DNA of 64,000 nt from Octopus vulgaris. Lineage: Eukaryota. The translations under genes and the position numbers were made by a program. The notes under the pieces were generated by a model. That model ran no database searches. It had not been told where the DNA came from and was given only the letters and a program-made list of their open reading frames with translations. Positions 42,213 through 55,681 of the stretch are shown here, in pieces (the stretch's first letter is position 1; every line of letters starts with the position of its first letter). The stretch spans positions 33,232,001-33,296,000 of the forward strand of contig OX597816.1 in assembly GCA_951406725.2 (NCBI GenBank), written 5' to 3'.

Positions 42213-43100
42213 ATACACACACATATTTACCACCTGCAACAGAGTTTTAGAATAGGTACATTGTAACTTCCACAATTGAAAACTAAATAGGTTGGTGACA
42301 AGAAAGACATATGCTTGTAAAATGCTACTTTGGAAAACCAGTCCCATGCTTGCCAGCATAGCAGTATCTTTGCTTGTGATAATAAAATGATAGCATTTTT
42401 GAGTTTGATCAATAATTCAAGTTTGGGTATTTTCTCTTCCGATGACCAAAGTAAGAGATGAAATGTGTAGATTCTAGGTTAAAGCTGCAAGTCTAATAAA
42501 TTCATTCCAAATACCCTAATATTGGTAGTTTACTCCATGCTGTTAATTTTTTCTCTTTTAATGTAATAAGCTCTTAGTTTTCTTTCTTTTTTTTTTTTTG
42601 GCTTTGATTCAACTAATTATGTCCAGTTTGACCTTTTCCTTGTGAAAATAATAATAAACAAACTAAAAAAAACCCAGAAGAAATCTCCAGGTCTAAAAAT
42701 ATAAAGAAATCAATAAATTCTCGTAAATGTTGACAATGTTTTTGTCTAAATGAAATGTTTTGGTAGGGGTTCAAGAAATGAAATGCTTAGTTTGACATCA
42801 AAGATATACTAATAATGTCCATATATCACAGACTTTGTTCAATAATCTGGTTCTTGTGGTGCCTCTAATATATATTTCCTTTCATCTATTTAATATATTT
42901 ATTACTATTTCAAGACCAAGACAGACAAGTTTTTGCTGAAATGGTTGGAGTCATAAAAAAAGACCTTATAGTCTTATTTATATTTCATATTCCTAGACAC
43001 TGCATTCAGAAATACTGAGTTTAGATCATCACACATTCAACATTGTCTTTCATTTACATTCTAGATTGATTTTGAAACAAAAACACACCAGTAATATTTC

Positions 43101-43430
43101 GTTTTCGGATTTGGTTTGCAAGATTCTTTATATGTGTTCGTGTGTTGAATAATATTCTATTGTGTCTGGGGAGAGTCATTTTCTTTTTGTGCTTTATAAT
43201 GTAACACACTCACTGGTAAAATTTCCACTTTTTTTCTTATTTTCATTTTCCTAAAATTTTCATTGCGTCTTGCAACCTTTTCAATAGTCTTGACTCTCAA
43301 TAGTCTTGAAAAGGTTGCAAGACACAACGGAAAGTTTAGGAAAATAAAAATAAGAAGTAAGTGGAAATTTTACCGGTGAGTGTGTTTGGTACATTATAAG
43401 GCACAAAAAGAAAATGACTCTCCCCAGACA
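43101..43430. mobile_element. Foldback element (arms about 43163-43284 and 43306-43430) with unpaired left extension
   Basis: Arms are reverse complements; the loop has TCAATAGTCTTGA duplicated; the extension matches the reverse complement of about 56840-56915. Confidence 0.85.
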
Positions 43431-44959
43431 TACTAGTAATATATTGTTTTGTTTATTCATTTGTCCATTCTAACTGTATCAAAACTATTAGTTCTTTAGT
43501 TTGTTTCACCCATCATGCTACAACCATACTGGCGACGCCCATTCATATAATAATTATATATAGCTTAAATAAAATAGAACACACACACACACACACACAC
43601 ACATACACACATACACATGCACTGACACACACATGCATGTTTGTATGTATAAGTATCTAAATTCTGTATTCTTTTACTTGCTTCAGTCATTGCACTGCAG
43701 CCATGCTGAAGCACCCCATTGAAGGGCTTTCTTTGAAAAGACTGGCCCTGAATTCATTTTATAAGCCCAGCACTTATTCTATCACTTTCTTTTGTTTAAC
43801 TGCTAAGTTGTTGGCACAGAAACAAGCCATCAACGATTGTCAAAGTATATAGGATGACAAACTCATGCACAAACACATATACGCACATATCATCACCATC
43901 ATCATCGTTATCATCATTATTGTCACCTTTTTAACATTTGTTTTCCATGCTAGCATGGCTTGATGGTTTGACCAGAGCTGACAAGATGGAAAGCTGCACC
44001 AGGTTCTGGTCTGATTTGGCCTGGTTTCTAGCACTGGATGCCCTTCCTAATACCAACCACTTTACAGAGTGTGCTGGGTACATTTTATGTAGCCCAGCAT
44101 ATACATACATACATATATATGTATGGGAGGGTTCTTATGAACTAACCCTGAAATCGGTCCGATATGGTAATAACAGAATTTTTTAGCAGTTTCTGTCGAC
44201 TTTTTTCGAGTAACGTGCTTATTGTGTTAAATTATATGGTTATGGACACTGTGTCTAGTTTCGGCATATATGACATTAGAAATTTTTTTCATTTGCCCTT
44301 ATTTATAAGTTGTATATATATATATATATATATATATGACTGAAGATTGACATCGCACTTGAAACTCAGAGTACCAAGGAATTTGAATCAAACTGTTTAG
44401 AACTATACATAAAACTCCCAATATATATATCCTCACCATCATTATCATAATTTTATGTTGATGATCCATAATGGTATGATTGCATGTTTGGCTTGATCCA
44501 ATGTGCCTAAAGATTGCATCATGATATAATGTCCATTTTGGCCTTGTTTCTATGGTTGGCTGCCCTTCCTAATACAGCATGGACTGGATCCTTTTTCAAG
44601 CGACCTACTCACCATGAATGAAGCCATGTAACTTACAGACCTAGAAATCTAGGAGCGGGTGAAGGGAATCAGCTGCATGCTAGTAGATATGGGGATTGAG
44701 CTATAAAAATGTGGGGGAGCAGTGCAAGTTCTTGTGGAGGACCTGCATGTCTACTTCAACTAGATGGGGAAGAGGAAAGAAATGAAGAATCAACAACAGG
44801 AGCTGTGTGAGATAGATAATGGCAATGAATTGCCTCAATGTGAGTTGAAAGAGAGTATGGGAAAGTGAAAGGGAGACATACTCGCTGAATGGGTAGGGTT
44901 GAAATGAGTAAGGAGTCTGTGAGTTTTCTTTGGTGGATCATTGACATGACCAATTCCTT

Positions 44960-45680
44960 CTAGCCTGTATTTTTCATCCAAGTGATTTTTCAAACAGTAA
45001 CATTGTGGTGGTATACGATGTGTGTCTCATTTGCAGGAATTGCCAGTCTAGCTTAAACCTGCATCTTCTATATATTGAGTTCTATCAACCTTAGTTAGAG
45101 CATTATTACAATAATATGCATGAGATTCGAAAATTTTACTGGTAGCAGATAATCTAGAAATTCTAGTAGAAATATTCTTAACTAGTCCCCGTATAATCGA
45201 GGGTGGATGGTTGGATGCTATGTTAATGTACTTAATATGATCATTCAGTTTATGAAATGGTTCAAATAATCCAGAATCAACACAGAAAATTCACTCTATG
45301 ATAATCCTTACTTATAGTAATATCTAGTTCTAAATTTTTGAAAAGTGTAAAGAAAATTTTCCTATGCCTTTCTAACTGTAATTTACTACTTGTGTCTAGA
45401 AAAAAAAGGCATCATCCCTATATAGACCCCCTGTTACTTCAGGAAAGGAAGACTGGATTAATGAAAGTATATATATTCCGACTAGGTCACTGGCATGAGC
45501 AGAATTGATGAGCCTTTTGCTATATGAAAAGCATTTTCCCTATCTAACCTACTCCATAATGTACCATCAAAATCTACTAAAGTGGATTGCGCAGCAAGAA
45601 TAATATCTATTTCACGTTGGGACAAATTGGAATTTTTCATGACAAAAATATTCGAAATAAGAAGACAAAGAAATACTTTA
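44960..45680 (-). mobile_element. Penelope-like element reverse transcriptase fragment (decayed)
   Basis: SAHASDLVGIYILSLIQSSFPEVTGGLYRDDA (YRDD at 45411-45422) and PFHKLNDHIKYINIASNHPPSIIRGLVKNISTRISRLS (SNHPP at 45201-45215). Confidence 0.85.
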
Positions 45681-46120
45681 ATACATTTTTAATGATCAGT
45701 TACAATAGTTCCTGTACCAACTCTGCTTTCAACACCAGCTCACAGGCAAGTTCCAGGTGAAAACTTACATAATATTTTTAGGTTTTAAACATTAGAGTGG
45801 CACTTCCTCAAACTTGCATCAAATGTATGCTCTTACATTGTGCGTCTGCCAGACTTTGTGTTTTGCTTGTATCAGAAGGAAATAAAATGTAAATAAAGAT
45901 GAAATGCAAATAGACAGTGAAGAGATGGACAGGGCCAGTACTGTATCAATACCAAAATAGATAAAATTATGGTTAGGGGATGCAGAAGAGGACTGACCAC
46001 AACAACACTAGAAATCAGAGGAAAATGAAAAGAAAATAATAATAAGAATATTACTACTACTATGATTAGTAGTAACAAAGACAATGATACTATATCAGAA
46101 ATGATAATAATAAAAGAGTA

Positions 46121-46452
46121 AAGACCACCTTCAGTTATGAATGACCATGAGATTGCATCTAGAAAGTTACCCTCTGAGGCACAAGTCCAGGCAAGGTTGT
46201 TTATGGAAGACCAGCAGTTGCCCATGCATATCAGCCTGCCCTCTCCATGTCAGCCATGCTATTTAAGGGAAAGGCAAAGGCCAATGCAGCTTGGCACCAG
46301 TGACATCACAGCTTATTTCTACGACTGAGGAAACTAGTGCAACATGAAACAAAGTGTCTTGCTCAAGAAGACAACACAGAGCCTGGTCCAGGACTTAAAC
46401 TCACTACTTCATGATTGTGAGACTGACATGCTAACCACTGATCCATGTGCCT
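46121..46452 (-). mobile_element. SINE, head C + tail 2
   Basis: Head has TTGAGCAAGACACTTT; tail GTGCCTCAGAGGGTAACTTTCTAG matches 61140-61165. Confidence 0.8.
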
Positions 46453-46491
46453 TCACATAAAAATGATAACAATATTATAATAATGATATAT

Positions 46492-46534
<43 letters not shown>

Positions 46535-46997
46535 GCAGTGATAGCCAATAGAGAAGAGGTAATTTGAACATGAACAATGTTATTGATGAAGATGACTAAA
46601 GGAAGATAGCATTGAGTGTAGTAAGGGAAGTACCAAGTGCATAGGCAATAAACCACATGAGTAAAGTGAGAGGGATGATATTGAAACTGAACAGAACTAT
46701 TCCTGCTGACTCTAGAGTTCATCATTTCAAAGCAAGAAGGAAAAATGGTTAACAGGGATGGATGGGCTTCAAGGAGGTAAAGCAAAACCCTAAAATATAG
46801 AAACTAAAGTGTGTGGTATGAAACTATTTATTTAATATGTTGGTGTTGAGTGAACATAGGACTGATAATGACAAAGAATAAATTAAAGTTATTAAAACTA
46901 GGAGAGAGTAGTAGAATTTAGGATTAAAGTATTAAAAGTAAAAAGTAAATAATTAATAATTAGCTACTTATAAAGTTATTAGAAATCATAATAATAA

Positions 46998-47212
46998 TCC
47001 TTTCTACTATAGGCACAAGACTTGAAATTTGGGAGGAGGGGAATAGTCGATTACATCTACTCCAGTACTCAACAGGTACTTAATTTATCGACCCCAAAAG
47101 GATGAAAGGGAAAGTAAACCTCAGCGGAATTTGAACTCAGAACGTAGCGACGAGCGAAATACCACTAGGCATTTCATTCAGCATGCTAACGATTCTGCCT
47201 GCTTGGCACCTT
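46998..47212 (-). mobile_element. SINE family B
   Basis: Matches the B consensus. Further decayed copies at about 50165-50560. Confidence 0.85.
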
Positions 47213-47584
47213 ATCATAATAATAATAATAATAATGAAATTATTGTATACAGTGCTCAGGTGCACCACATCATGGTAAAGAGAATAGTAGGAATAAGGAA
47301 TAAGATTTATTATCACATATCCTGTTGTTAAAAAAAATCAAAATCACTGGAACTAGGCAAACATTGGTGATAGACTTAGGAAGTCTCTAAAAAAGAACCT
47401 GAGTATTTCAGTTGGCCACTCTCAATGCTAGCAGTAAAAATAACAGTTGCCCATATCATCCCTCTTCTTCCTTCCAAGTGTTCATCTGTGCTTTCTCTTT
47501 CTTCTTCTCTTTCTTCCTCTTTTCTTCCTCTCCATTATCTTCTCCTACTACTTCTTGTCCTCTGCCTCCTCCTCTAATTTCTGC

Positions 47585-48015
47585 TCTTCTTCTTCTTCTT
47601 CTTCTTCTTGTTCTTCTTCTTCTTCTTCTCCTCCTCCTTCTTCTCCTCCTTCTTCTTCTTCTTTTTCTTCTTCTTTTTCTTCTTCTTCTTCTTCTCCTTC
47701 TTCTTCTTCCTCTTCTTCTTTTTCTTCTTCTTCTTCTTCTTCTTCTTCTTCTTCTTCTTCTTCTTCTTCTTCTTCTTCTTCTCCTTCTTCTTCTTCTTCT
47801 TCTTCTTCTTCTTCTTCTTCTTCTTCTTCTCCTTCTTCTTCTTCTCCTTCTTCTTCTTCTTCTTCTTCTTCTTTCTTCTTCTTCTCCTTCTTCTTCTTAT
47901 CCTTCTTCTTCTTCTTCTTCTTTTTCTTCTTCTTCTTCTTCTTCTTCTCCTTCTTCTTCTTCTCTTTCTTCTTCTTCTTCTTCTTCTTCTTCTTCTTCTT
48001 CTTTTTCTCCTCCTT
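47585..48015. repeat. (CTT)n polypyrimidine microsatellite
   Basis: Directly visible. Confidence 0.97.
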
Positions 48016-49039
48016 CTGCTTGATACCTTCTCCTTCCTCTCTACTGCTTCTTCATCCCTTAACCATACTTTTGTCCCCTTTGATATTGATGCTTTACTTG
48101 CTCTGGTCATCTCTTCATAGTCTATTTACATTCCATCTTTATTTGCTTTTTGTTTCCTCCTAAGTATAAACAAAACACAAAGTCTGACAGCCATACAATG
48201 TATGCGCACACCTTTGATAAAGGTTTGATAAAGTGCCTCTCTAACGTTTCCACTTTTTACAAAACTCATACAATAGTTTTACAAATGCAAAACCTGGATA
48301 TTCTACACCTGAAGAATTTTGATATTAATATGTAATACGATGTAGATAGCCTGAAGCTTATATTGAGTGATGCATAGTAAATACCATAACCTTCTTCCCT
48401 CCCAGAATCTTATATAAATATGTATATATTGTTCATTTATTTTTCATTCTCGGTACAAGGCATGGAGCAAACTTGCACTCTTTACTGCAACTTGATGTAT
48501 CGCCAGCATTGACAATGATCAGCTGAAATACTCAGGGTTTTGTTTAAGGATTTCCTAAACCTATCACCAATTTTTGCCAAGTCCCAGTGGTCCTAATTTT
48601 TCCAGCAATAGAGTGTGATATTAGAAATCAGAATTGATTGATAGAAGAAAACCAGATACTTCAATTCACCTCATCTGCCTTTCTAACTTTATGTGGTTAT
48701 TCTAGCTATTGACTCTGAGAGAATGAAACAGTGTTGAATTAGAAAGCATTTGAATTTAGTAACCAGAAGGGTGGACGGTCATGTACTAAATGCTCTTGTT
48801 AGGCCCACCCTGGACTAATGCTCTGATATGGGAGTTAGTGCTGTTGCTATGCACTCAGACATCCAAGAGAAGGATCACTCAACTGACAAACATTATATCA
48901 TTACCAAACACACCCAAATATTCTTTCACAGCAATGTTTCTACTCTATAATAACCTCTGTTTCTTCAGAGATGGTTGGTCTCGAATTTCTTTTCGTCAGG
49001 CTTCTGTTAGTCTAGATCTCTCTACACAACTCATCTTGT

Positions 49040-49600
49040 AGGTGCATAACTAACTGGTTTGGGTATTTGGCTCATGATCATAAGTTTATGAGTTCAATAC
49101 CAAGCAGTGTGTTGTGTCTTTGAGAAAGTAACTTTATTTCACATTGCTCCAGTCACCTCAGCTGGTAAAAATTAGTTGTATCAGTATTTCAAAGGGCCAG
49201 CCGTGTTACACTCTGTGACACTCTGCATGTCTCTGAGAACTATGTTAAATGTATGTATATCTATGGAGTGCTCAACAAGAAGGTTATGGTATTCACTATG
49301 CATCACTCAACATAAGCTTCAGGCTATCTACATCGTATTACAGATTAATATCAAAATTCTTCAGGTGTAGAATATCCAAGTTTTGCAATTGTAAAACTAT
49401 TGTATGAGTTTTGCAAAAAGAGGAAATGTTAGAGAGGAACTTTATCAGACCTTTATCAAAGGCGTGTGCATACATTGGATGGCTGTCAGACTTTGTGTTT
49501 TGTTTATACTTAGGAGGAAACATTAATTTCATGAGCAGGCAGTTTCATTAATTGGATCAATTGGAACCCTCTACATCATGACCAATGGAGTGCTGCCAGT
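49040..49600 (+). mobile_element. SINE head C + tail 1, interrupted by an inverted copy of local DNA (49277-49522)
   Basis: Consensus breaks after GGAGTGCTCA and resumes at TTAATTTCATGAGCAGG. Confidence 0.8.
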
Positions 49601-49839
49601 TACATCGCTTATCATATGCTTTATAGATAACAGCTTCAGCTTCACACTAGCTACTATGTCCAGATTTTCATATCCAGAAAAATCAGCCTTCTTAAATTTT
49701 ATCCCTGCTAATTTGATTCCTCAAAATTCTGACCAATGACATTGTAAATAGAAACTTAATGGTATCAAGCTCAAAAGCCTCAGAGGATCAACAAGAGTCA
49801 TTGGTACCATCCTTCCTCTAGACTCAGTAGATAAAAACA

Positions 49840-50057
49840 TTACCAACCTGGCTGAAACCGGCTCTGACTCTGAAGTACAAATGTCTTGTTTTCATAAGTT
49901 CTGAGTTAAAATCTTCCACCAAACCTTAGTCAAAATTTATGTTCCTAACACTAGTTGAATGATAACTAAGTTATTTTACTAAATTCTTTGTTCTATTTAA
50001 AATTAATTGAAAAAAACACAATACATCTCAAAATAAATACAGTAACGAAAGGGTTAA
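49840..50057 (+). mobile_element. MITE family 2, left TIR truncated
   Basis: Aligns to 40784-41009; ends GAAAGGGTTAA. Confidence 0.8.
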
Positions 50058-50641
50058 TGACTGACATTTTGATGAGATTATCTACATATATATTGGCTGC
50101 ATAGTAAGAAGTTTCCCACTGCCTTAAATAATAATAAGAATAATAACAATAACAATAATGACTTCAAATTTTTGACACAAGGTCAGCAATTTTGGGAGGG
50201 ATAAATTGACTATATCAAGCCTAGCGCTCAATTGGTATGTAATGCATCAATTTCGAAAGGATGTAAAGAAGTTGACCATTGTTGAATTTGAACTCAAAAT
50301 GTATAGACAGACAGAATGTCACTAAGCATATTGTCTAGTGTCCTAATACATTTGTCAGGTCTAATGATAATAATAAGAATGATGATAATGATAAGGGTTT
50401 CAAATTTTGGCACAAGGCCAGCAATTTCAGGGGAGTGGTTAAGTTGATTACATTAATCCCGGTGCTCTACTGGTGTTTATTTTATTGACCTTGAAAGAAT
50501 GAAAAGTAAAGCCGACCTCAGCACAAGTTGAATTCAGAATATAAAGCAGTTTGCCCAGCAAACTAATAATAATGATGATGGTGGTGGTGGTGGTGACAGT
50601 GATGATTATGGTGATGATGATAATGATGATGATGATGATAG

Positions 50642-51202
50642 TACAATGCCCTGATGCAGTACCAGGCAGTGGCTCTCGCAGCTTCTGATCTTAAGTGGTT
50701 GGAAGTGTTATCATGTATATTGTTTTGTCTTGGTATAAAAGATGGGCTACAGCAAATATTCTGCTCAATACCACAGATTTGCTTGTCAGTTGTTTGACCT
50801 TAACCAGTTGAGCATGTCCCTTAGTGGCTGATGATATGGGCATCTCTGATCACAAGCAGAAGTCATGGGGGCGCATCATAGCCATATGTTGAGAGGGATT
50901 CTTTGGGGTTTGAATAATTCACCTCTGGAAACATGGGTGTTTTGTTCAACATCCTTAAGCAACCCTTATTCAGGGACCTTTGGATTGGGATTGTTACTCG
51001 ACCAGAAGAAAATTCCTACTGGGCCTTACCTGCAAGATCATGTGTTGTTTATCTTGATATGAGATCACCATGTCGCGCACACATATGGTAGTGATGCATT
51101 TGCCTAGTGTACTCTTATCAGACAGGTAGTCATGATTGGTATACTGGGCTTTGTATATTTTACACCAGTGTCACTTTGATGGCATGCACTGCTCTCTCAC
51201 TA

Positions 51203-51203
<1 letters not shown>
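50642..51203 (+). mobile_element. Probable retroelement UTR or non-autonomous element between (GAT)n and (AAT)n
   Basis: Sharp-edged, GC-richer non-coding block ending directly in an (AAT)n tail like the Dong fragment. Single copy in this window. Confidence 0.4.
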
Positions 51204-51234
<31 letters not shown>

Positions 51235-51853
51235 TAATGATGATGATGATGATGATAATATTATGATGATGTTGATTATGATTTTTAACACACGTAAAAT
51301 CCTACCAAATCTCTTGATGTCATCCAGTATGGAAATGTTTCTGTCAGCTTATCACATTCATTATATCAGTAACTAACTGATGGTTGTGCAACAAATTCTA
51401 CTTTCCCTTTATATTAAAAAAAACAAAAAGGTATCATGATCCATATTTATTTCAAAATATCAAAACCCAATAATTCACTGGAGTTCATTCATTCAAATAT
51501 TCTTCCCTACTTTACTTCTATGATAGATTGATATACGTATACATATACATTTTAACCCTTGTGGCTACGAATATCAAATTGTGCTATATACAAGCCATTT
51601 ACGCTACTGTACTGAAATGTTGAACTTGTGCCTACCCTAAAGGAATGAAATATAAAGGAATGGAATATATAACATTTCATAGAAAAGGAGAAACAGAAAG
51701 GGAAGTTATGTATTTATACCTACATTTACTTTTTTATTTTTATCTTGATGTTTATTTTCTATTTATTTATTTCTGATAATTTTTGTGCGATTTTTATCTA
51801 TGTTCTTCATAAGAATGTACTATTTTCTTTTTCATAGTATCGTACATAAACAT

Positions 51854-51905
<52 letters not shown>

Positions 51906-51956
51906 TGTGTCCTTGTAAGGATGAGAATGAGTGTGTGTGCATGTGTGTGTGTGTAG

Positions 51957-52004
<48 letters not shown>

Positions 52005-52203
52005 TATAATATATATACACATACACACACACATATAAGTATGTATGCCTCTGTACAACTTTAGAGTTATATATTTGCACACATATATATACATATGTAT
52101 GTATTTATATATACACACATATATATATGAATATATACATATATATATATAAATATATATATATATGAGTATATATATACATATATATGAGTGTATATAT
52201 ATA

Positions 52204-52316
<113 letters not shown>

Positions 52317-53183
52317 TGTATTATCAGCTATTTAGCTGATTCTTGTCAGCCCTGTTCTTTATTTAATTTTCAATAGTATTTCTGTTATTATATATTCTCT
52401 TTTTTTATTTATCCTTTGCTAGAGGACATATTTCATTTGTTGTCATTCACTTCTATAGTACCTGAGGCACAATGTGTAACCTTAATAATAAGATTTTTAT
52501 TATAAAGAAACTCATATCAATAACCAGTAGATTCAACCAAACACAATACAATCTACCAAACTATGGTATTATTGAAATCTATAATTCTTTTTACTTATTT
52601 GTTTACACATTTATTGATTTACTTATTGATGGCTTTTTTTTTCTTGTTGTGCTCTTGGTCAAGTTCTGGTCATGACTGATTGAGCAAAACCTATGATTAA
52701 AGTTTTTCTAGCCATGACAATACTGTATTTCATTCAGAAGTATTTAGATGATATTATACAATGGGTCTGTCTTTTATTTTCAGTACAACAGGGAATGATT
52801 TGGGGGACATTTAACTGCTTACTCTAGTATGTCACTTTCATACTTTTAGTTAACTAAGTTTAGTCATGTGCATATGAATATAATAAATGTATAGATATAT
52901 ATATATATATATAGTATATATGTATATATGTATATATATTTATATATATATGTATATATGTATATATATTTGTATATATGTATATATATTTATATATATA
53001 TGTATATATATAGGTATATACATGTATGTATGTTTATATATATATGTATATATATATGTATGTACACCCATACATATTTTTCAGAGGGATAACATAATTC
53101 ATAAGGTATGGTAATGCAGGATGTGCAATGTAACCAATGGTGTATAACAACATCTGATAGTCTGGTCAATCTAGTGATGTATT

Positions 53184-53240
<57 letters not shown>

Positions 53241-53399
53241 GTGTATGTGTGTATTTGTGAGTGGTGTGGTGTGGTTTGGTATGTTGTGTGTGTGAAAAAT
53301 TCTACCTTTTTTATAGCTTTCCTTTCAATGTATTATAAGTTATATTTTATTGCTGTTTTTGCTTTAAAAGTCATTGTTAATAAATATCAAGTTATAAAG

Positions 53400-54720
53400 A
53401 TCACAGGGAAAGTCATTGCACAATTGATTTATGACATGGTTTTGTTCCTGGAAGAGGTGCCACAAATGCATTCTTCATAGTGAGTCTACTACAGGAAAAT
53501 ACTTGGCTAACAGTAAATCACTATTTCTGGGGGGTTTTTTTGTTTCTTTTTGAACTGGAGAAGGCATTTGAGGGTGTACCAGATACAGTTATCGTGTGGT
53601 CAATAAGGAAACTAAGCACTAGCAAAAGAGTTGTGGAAGTTGAGCAGAAAGATACGGTGAGTAAACTGTGGGTCAAGAATGGCTTCAGTGAGGTATTTAG
53701 TATGAGAGTTGAAGTCAAGGGGTCAATTCTCAATCCCATCATATTCATGATGGTCCTACTGGACACAAAACAGTTTAAGAATGGATGTGCATTGGAACTC
53801 CTATATGGTGATAAACTAGTTCTTATAACTGAAGTTATAGAGGAATTAGACAGGCAGGGAAGAAATTCCAGGCAGGGAAGCTAAACTGTATTTAAAATTT
53901 TTTTTAGGCAAACTTAGCTAAGATGAAAGTCTTTTTTAATGGGAAGGAATACAGGACTTCAGCACGCTAATGGAATTGGCCTTGCTCAAAATGCATAAAA
54001 GATGTGAATATAAATTCCACATCCTTCACTTAATGTAAGCTATGTTCACATCAGAGATGTAGCAGAATCAGAGGCAGACAATCAGAAAATATAAGCTTCA
54101 TGTGTAAAAGATACAATGGAACACAGTGTTCAATGAACACACCAGAAATGGAGCTCCTTGAATGCCTTAGTGGTTCACTAAGAGCAGTTGATAGATTTTG
54201 CTAAGAGATGTCATCAGTAAATGTAGTGGGTGTTCAGCAAGCATAGTAGCCAGAGTAAGAATGAGTTAGAGAAAGTCGAAGGAGTTGTTACTGCTGATGG
54301 TAATACAGGTCTTTTCCCACAAAGTGAAAAGCAATATGTATTAGGACTGCACTGCAGCCTGACAGTGAGATGTGGGCCTTGAACAAAGAGGACATGAGAA
54401 GACTGGAAAGAAATGAAGCAAGTATGCTCTGTTTGCTGTGCATTGCAATTGAGCATAAATGACATAGCATAAATTTACTGAGAGAAAAATTGGGCATAGG
54501 TAGAATTAGAAATAGTGTGCAAAAAAGAAGATTGCACTGGTACAGATATATGATGCATATAGATCAGGAAAGCTCTATGAAGAAGTGTTGATCACAAAAT
54601 GTGGCTGGAGCTTTTGAAGGAAGAAAATCCAGGAAGACATTGGATGGAGTAGTGAAGGCTGAACTCAGGACCCTCAGCTTCACAGGTAAAGTCAAAGGAA
54701 TAGGATATCTGGTGATATGA
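53400..54720 (+). mobile_element. Decayed RTE-like LINE reverse transcriptase
   Basis: GFVPGRGATNAFFIV..ELEKAFEGVP..KGSILNPIIF..ELLYGDKLVLI, i.e. degenerate DLEKAFDRVP / QGSVLSPLLF / LYADDL, with many stops. Confidence 0.85.
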
Positions 54721-54965
54721 GGTTCTCATGACCACCCACTTATTGCAGGTAAAGTGACTCCTGGGAGCATGGTGGGGGTATATATGGTGTGTGTGTATGT
54801 TTGTGTGCGTGTGTTTGTGTGTGTACGTGTGTGTGTTTTGTGTGTGTGTGTGTGTGTACGTACAGCCTTATCTCTAGCAATGTAGGTGCTACCCTGCACT
54901 GTCAGTCCATAATTAGTGGCAATTAAATTTTTCCTTTTTGGTTTTACATTGTATCTAGTCACCTT

Positions 54966-55009
<44 letters not shown>

Positions 55010-55447
55010 GCACACACAGAGGTGTATATGTGTCTTTATGTTATGTTTGTGTGTGTGTATATATATGAGCACCTCACATTGCCCTCCCCTTAAATATTCC
55101 CCACCATAGCTCTTCACCCCTCCATAATACCACTATTCTTTCTCACTACTCAGTCATCTCACTTTTCAGCCATTCTTCATCCAACCCATGGTGTATCTCG
55201 GACACTTCATCAACACCATCTATCTCTTTGCAGATACCACTAATTCATTCTCCCTCTCTTTCTCCTAAATGTAAATAGCTATGTAGCTCCTCTACAGCAT
55301 GGACCTGCTCCCCCACAACCTCCCTTTTTATGATTTAACACCCATCTAACATATGAAAGCAGCATCCCCAACACCACCTTCTATCTATGTTTTGTAGACT
55401 TTTAAGCTACATGGTGACCTAAAGACTGATGGAACTGGTATTGGGTT

Positions 55448-55681
55448 AAGGCGGAAAGCTTGCAGAATTGTTAGCACGTCGGGGCGAAATGCTTAGCGGC
55501 ATTTCGTCTGCTGCTACATTCTGAGTTCAAATTTTGCCGAAGTCAACTTTGCCTTTCATCCTTTCGGCATCGATAAATTAAGTACCAGTTACACACTGGG
55601 GTCGATGTAAATGACTTAATCCCTTTGTCTGTCCTTGTTTGACCCCTCTACGTTTAGCCCCTTGTGGGCAATGAAGAAATA
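55448..55681 (+). mobile_element. SINE family B
   Basis: Full consensus; followed by a SINE A tail to about 55800. Confidence 0.9.

Noticed and set aside
47412-48163. Poly-L/S/F/K/R ORFs of 170-238 aa
   Set aside because: Artefacts of the (CTT)n microsatellite.
48549-48640. ..IFPAIECDIRNQN* reminiscent of the alpha2delta DxRxRxW motif
   Set aside because: In-frame TGA and no donor; it would need editing for which I have no evidence.
48150-49532. Pair of near-identical 61-64 aa ORFs suggesting duplicated small genes
   Set aside because: Explained by the inverted templated insertion; non-ATG starts and no recognisable domain.
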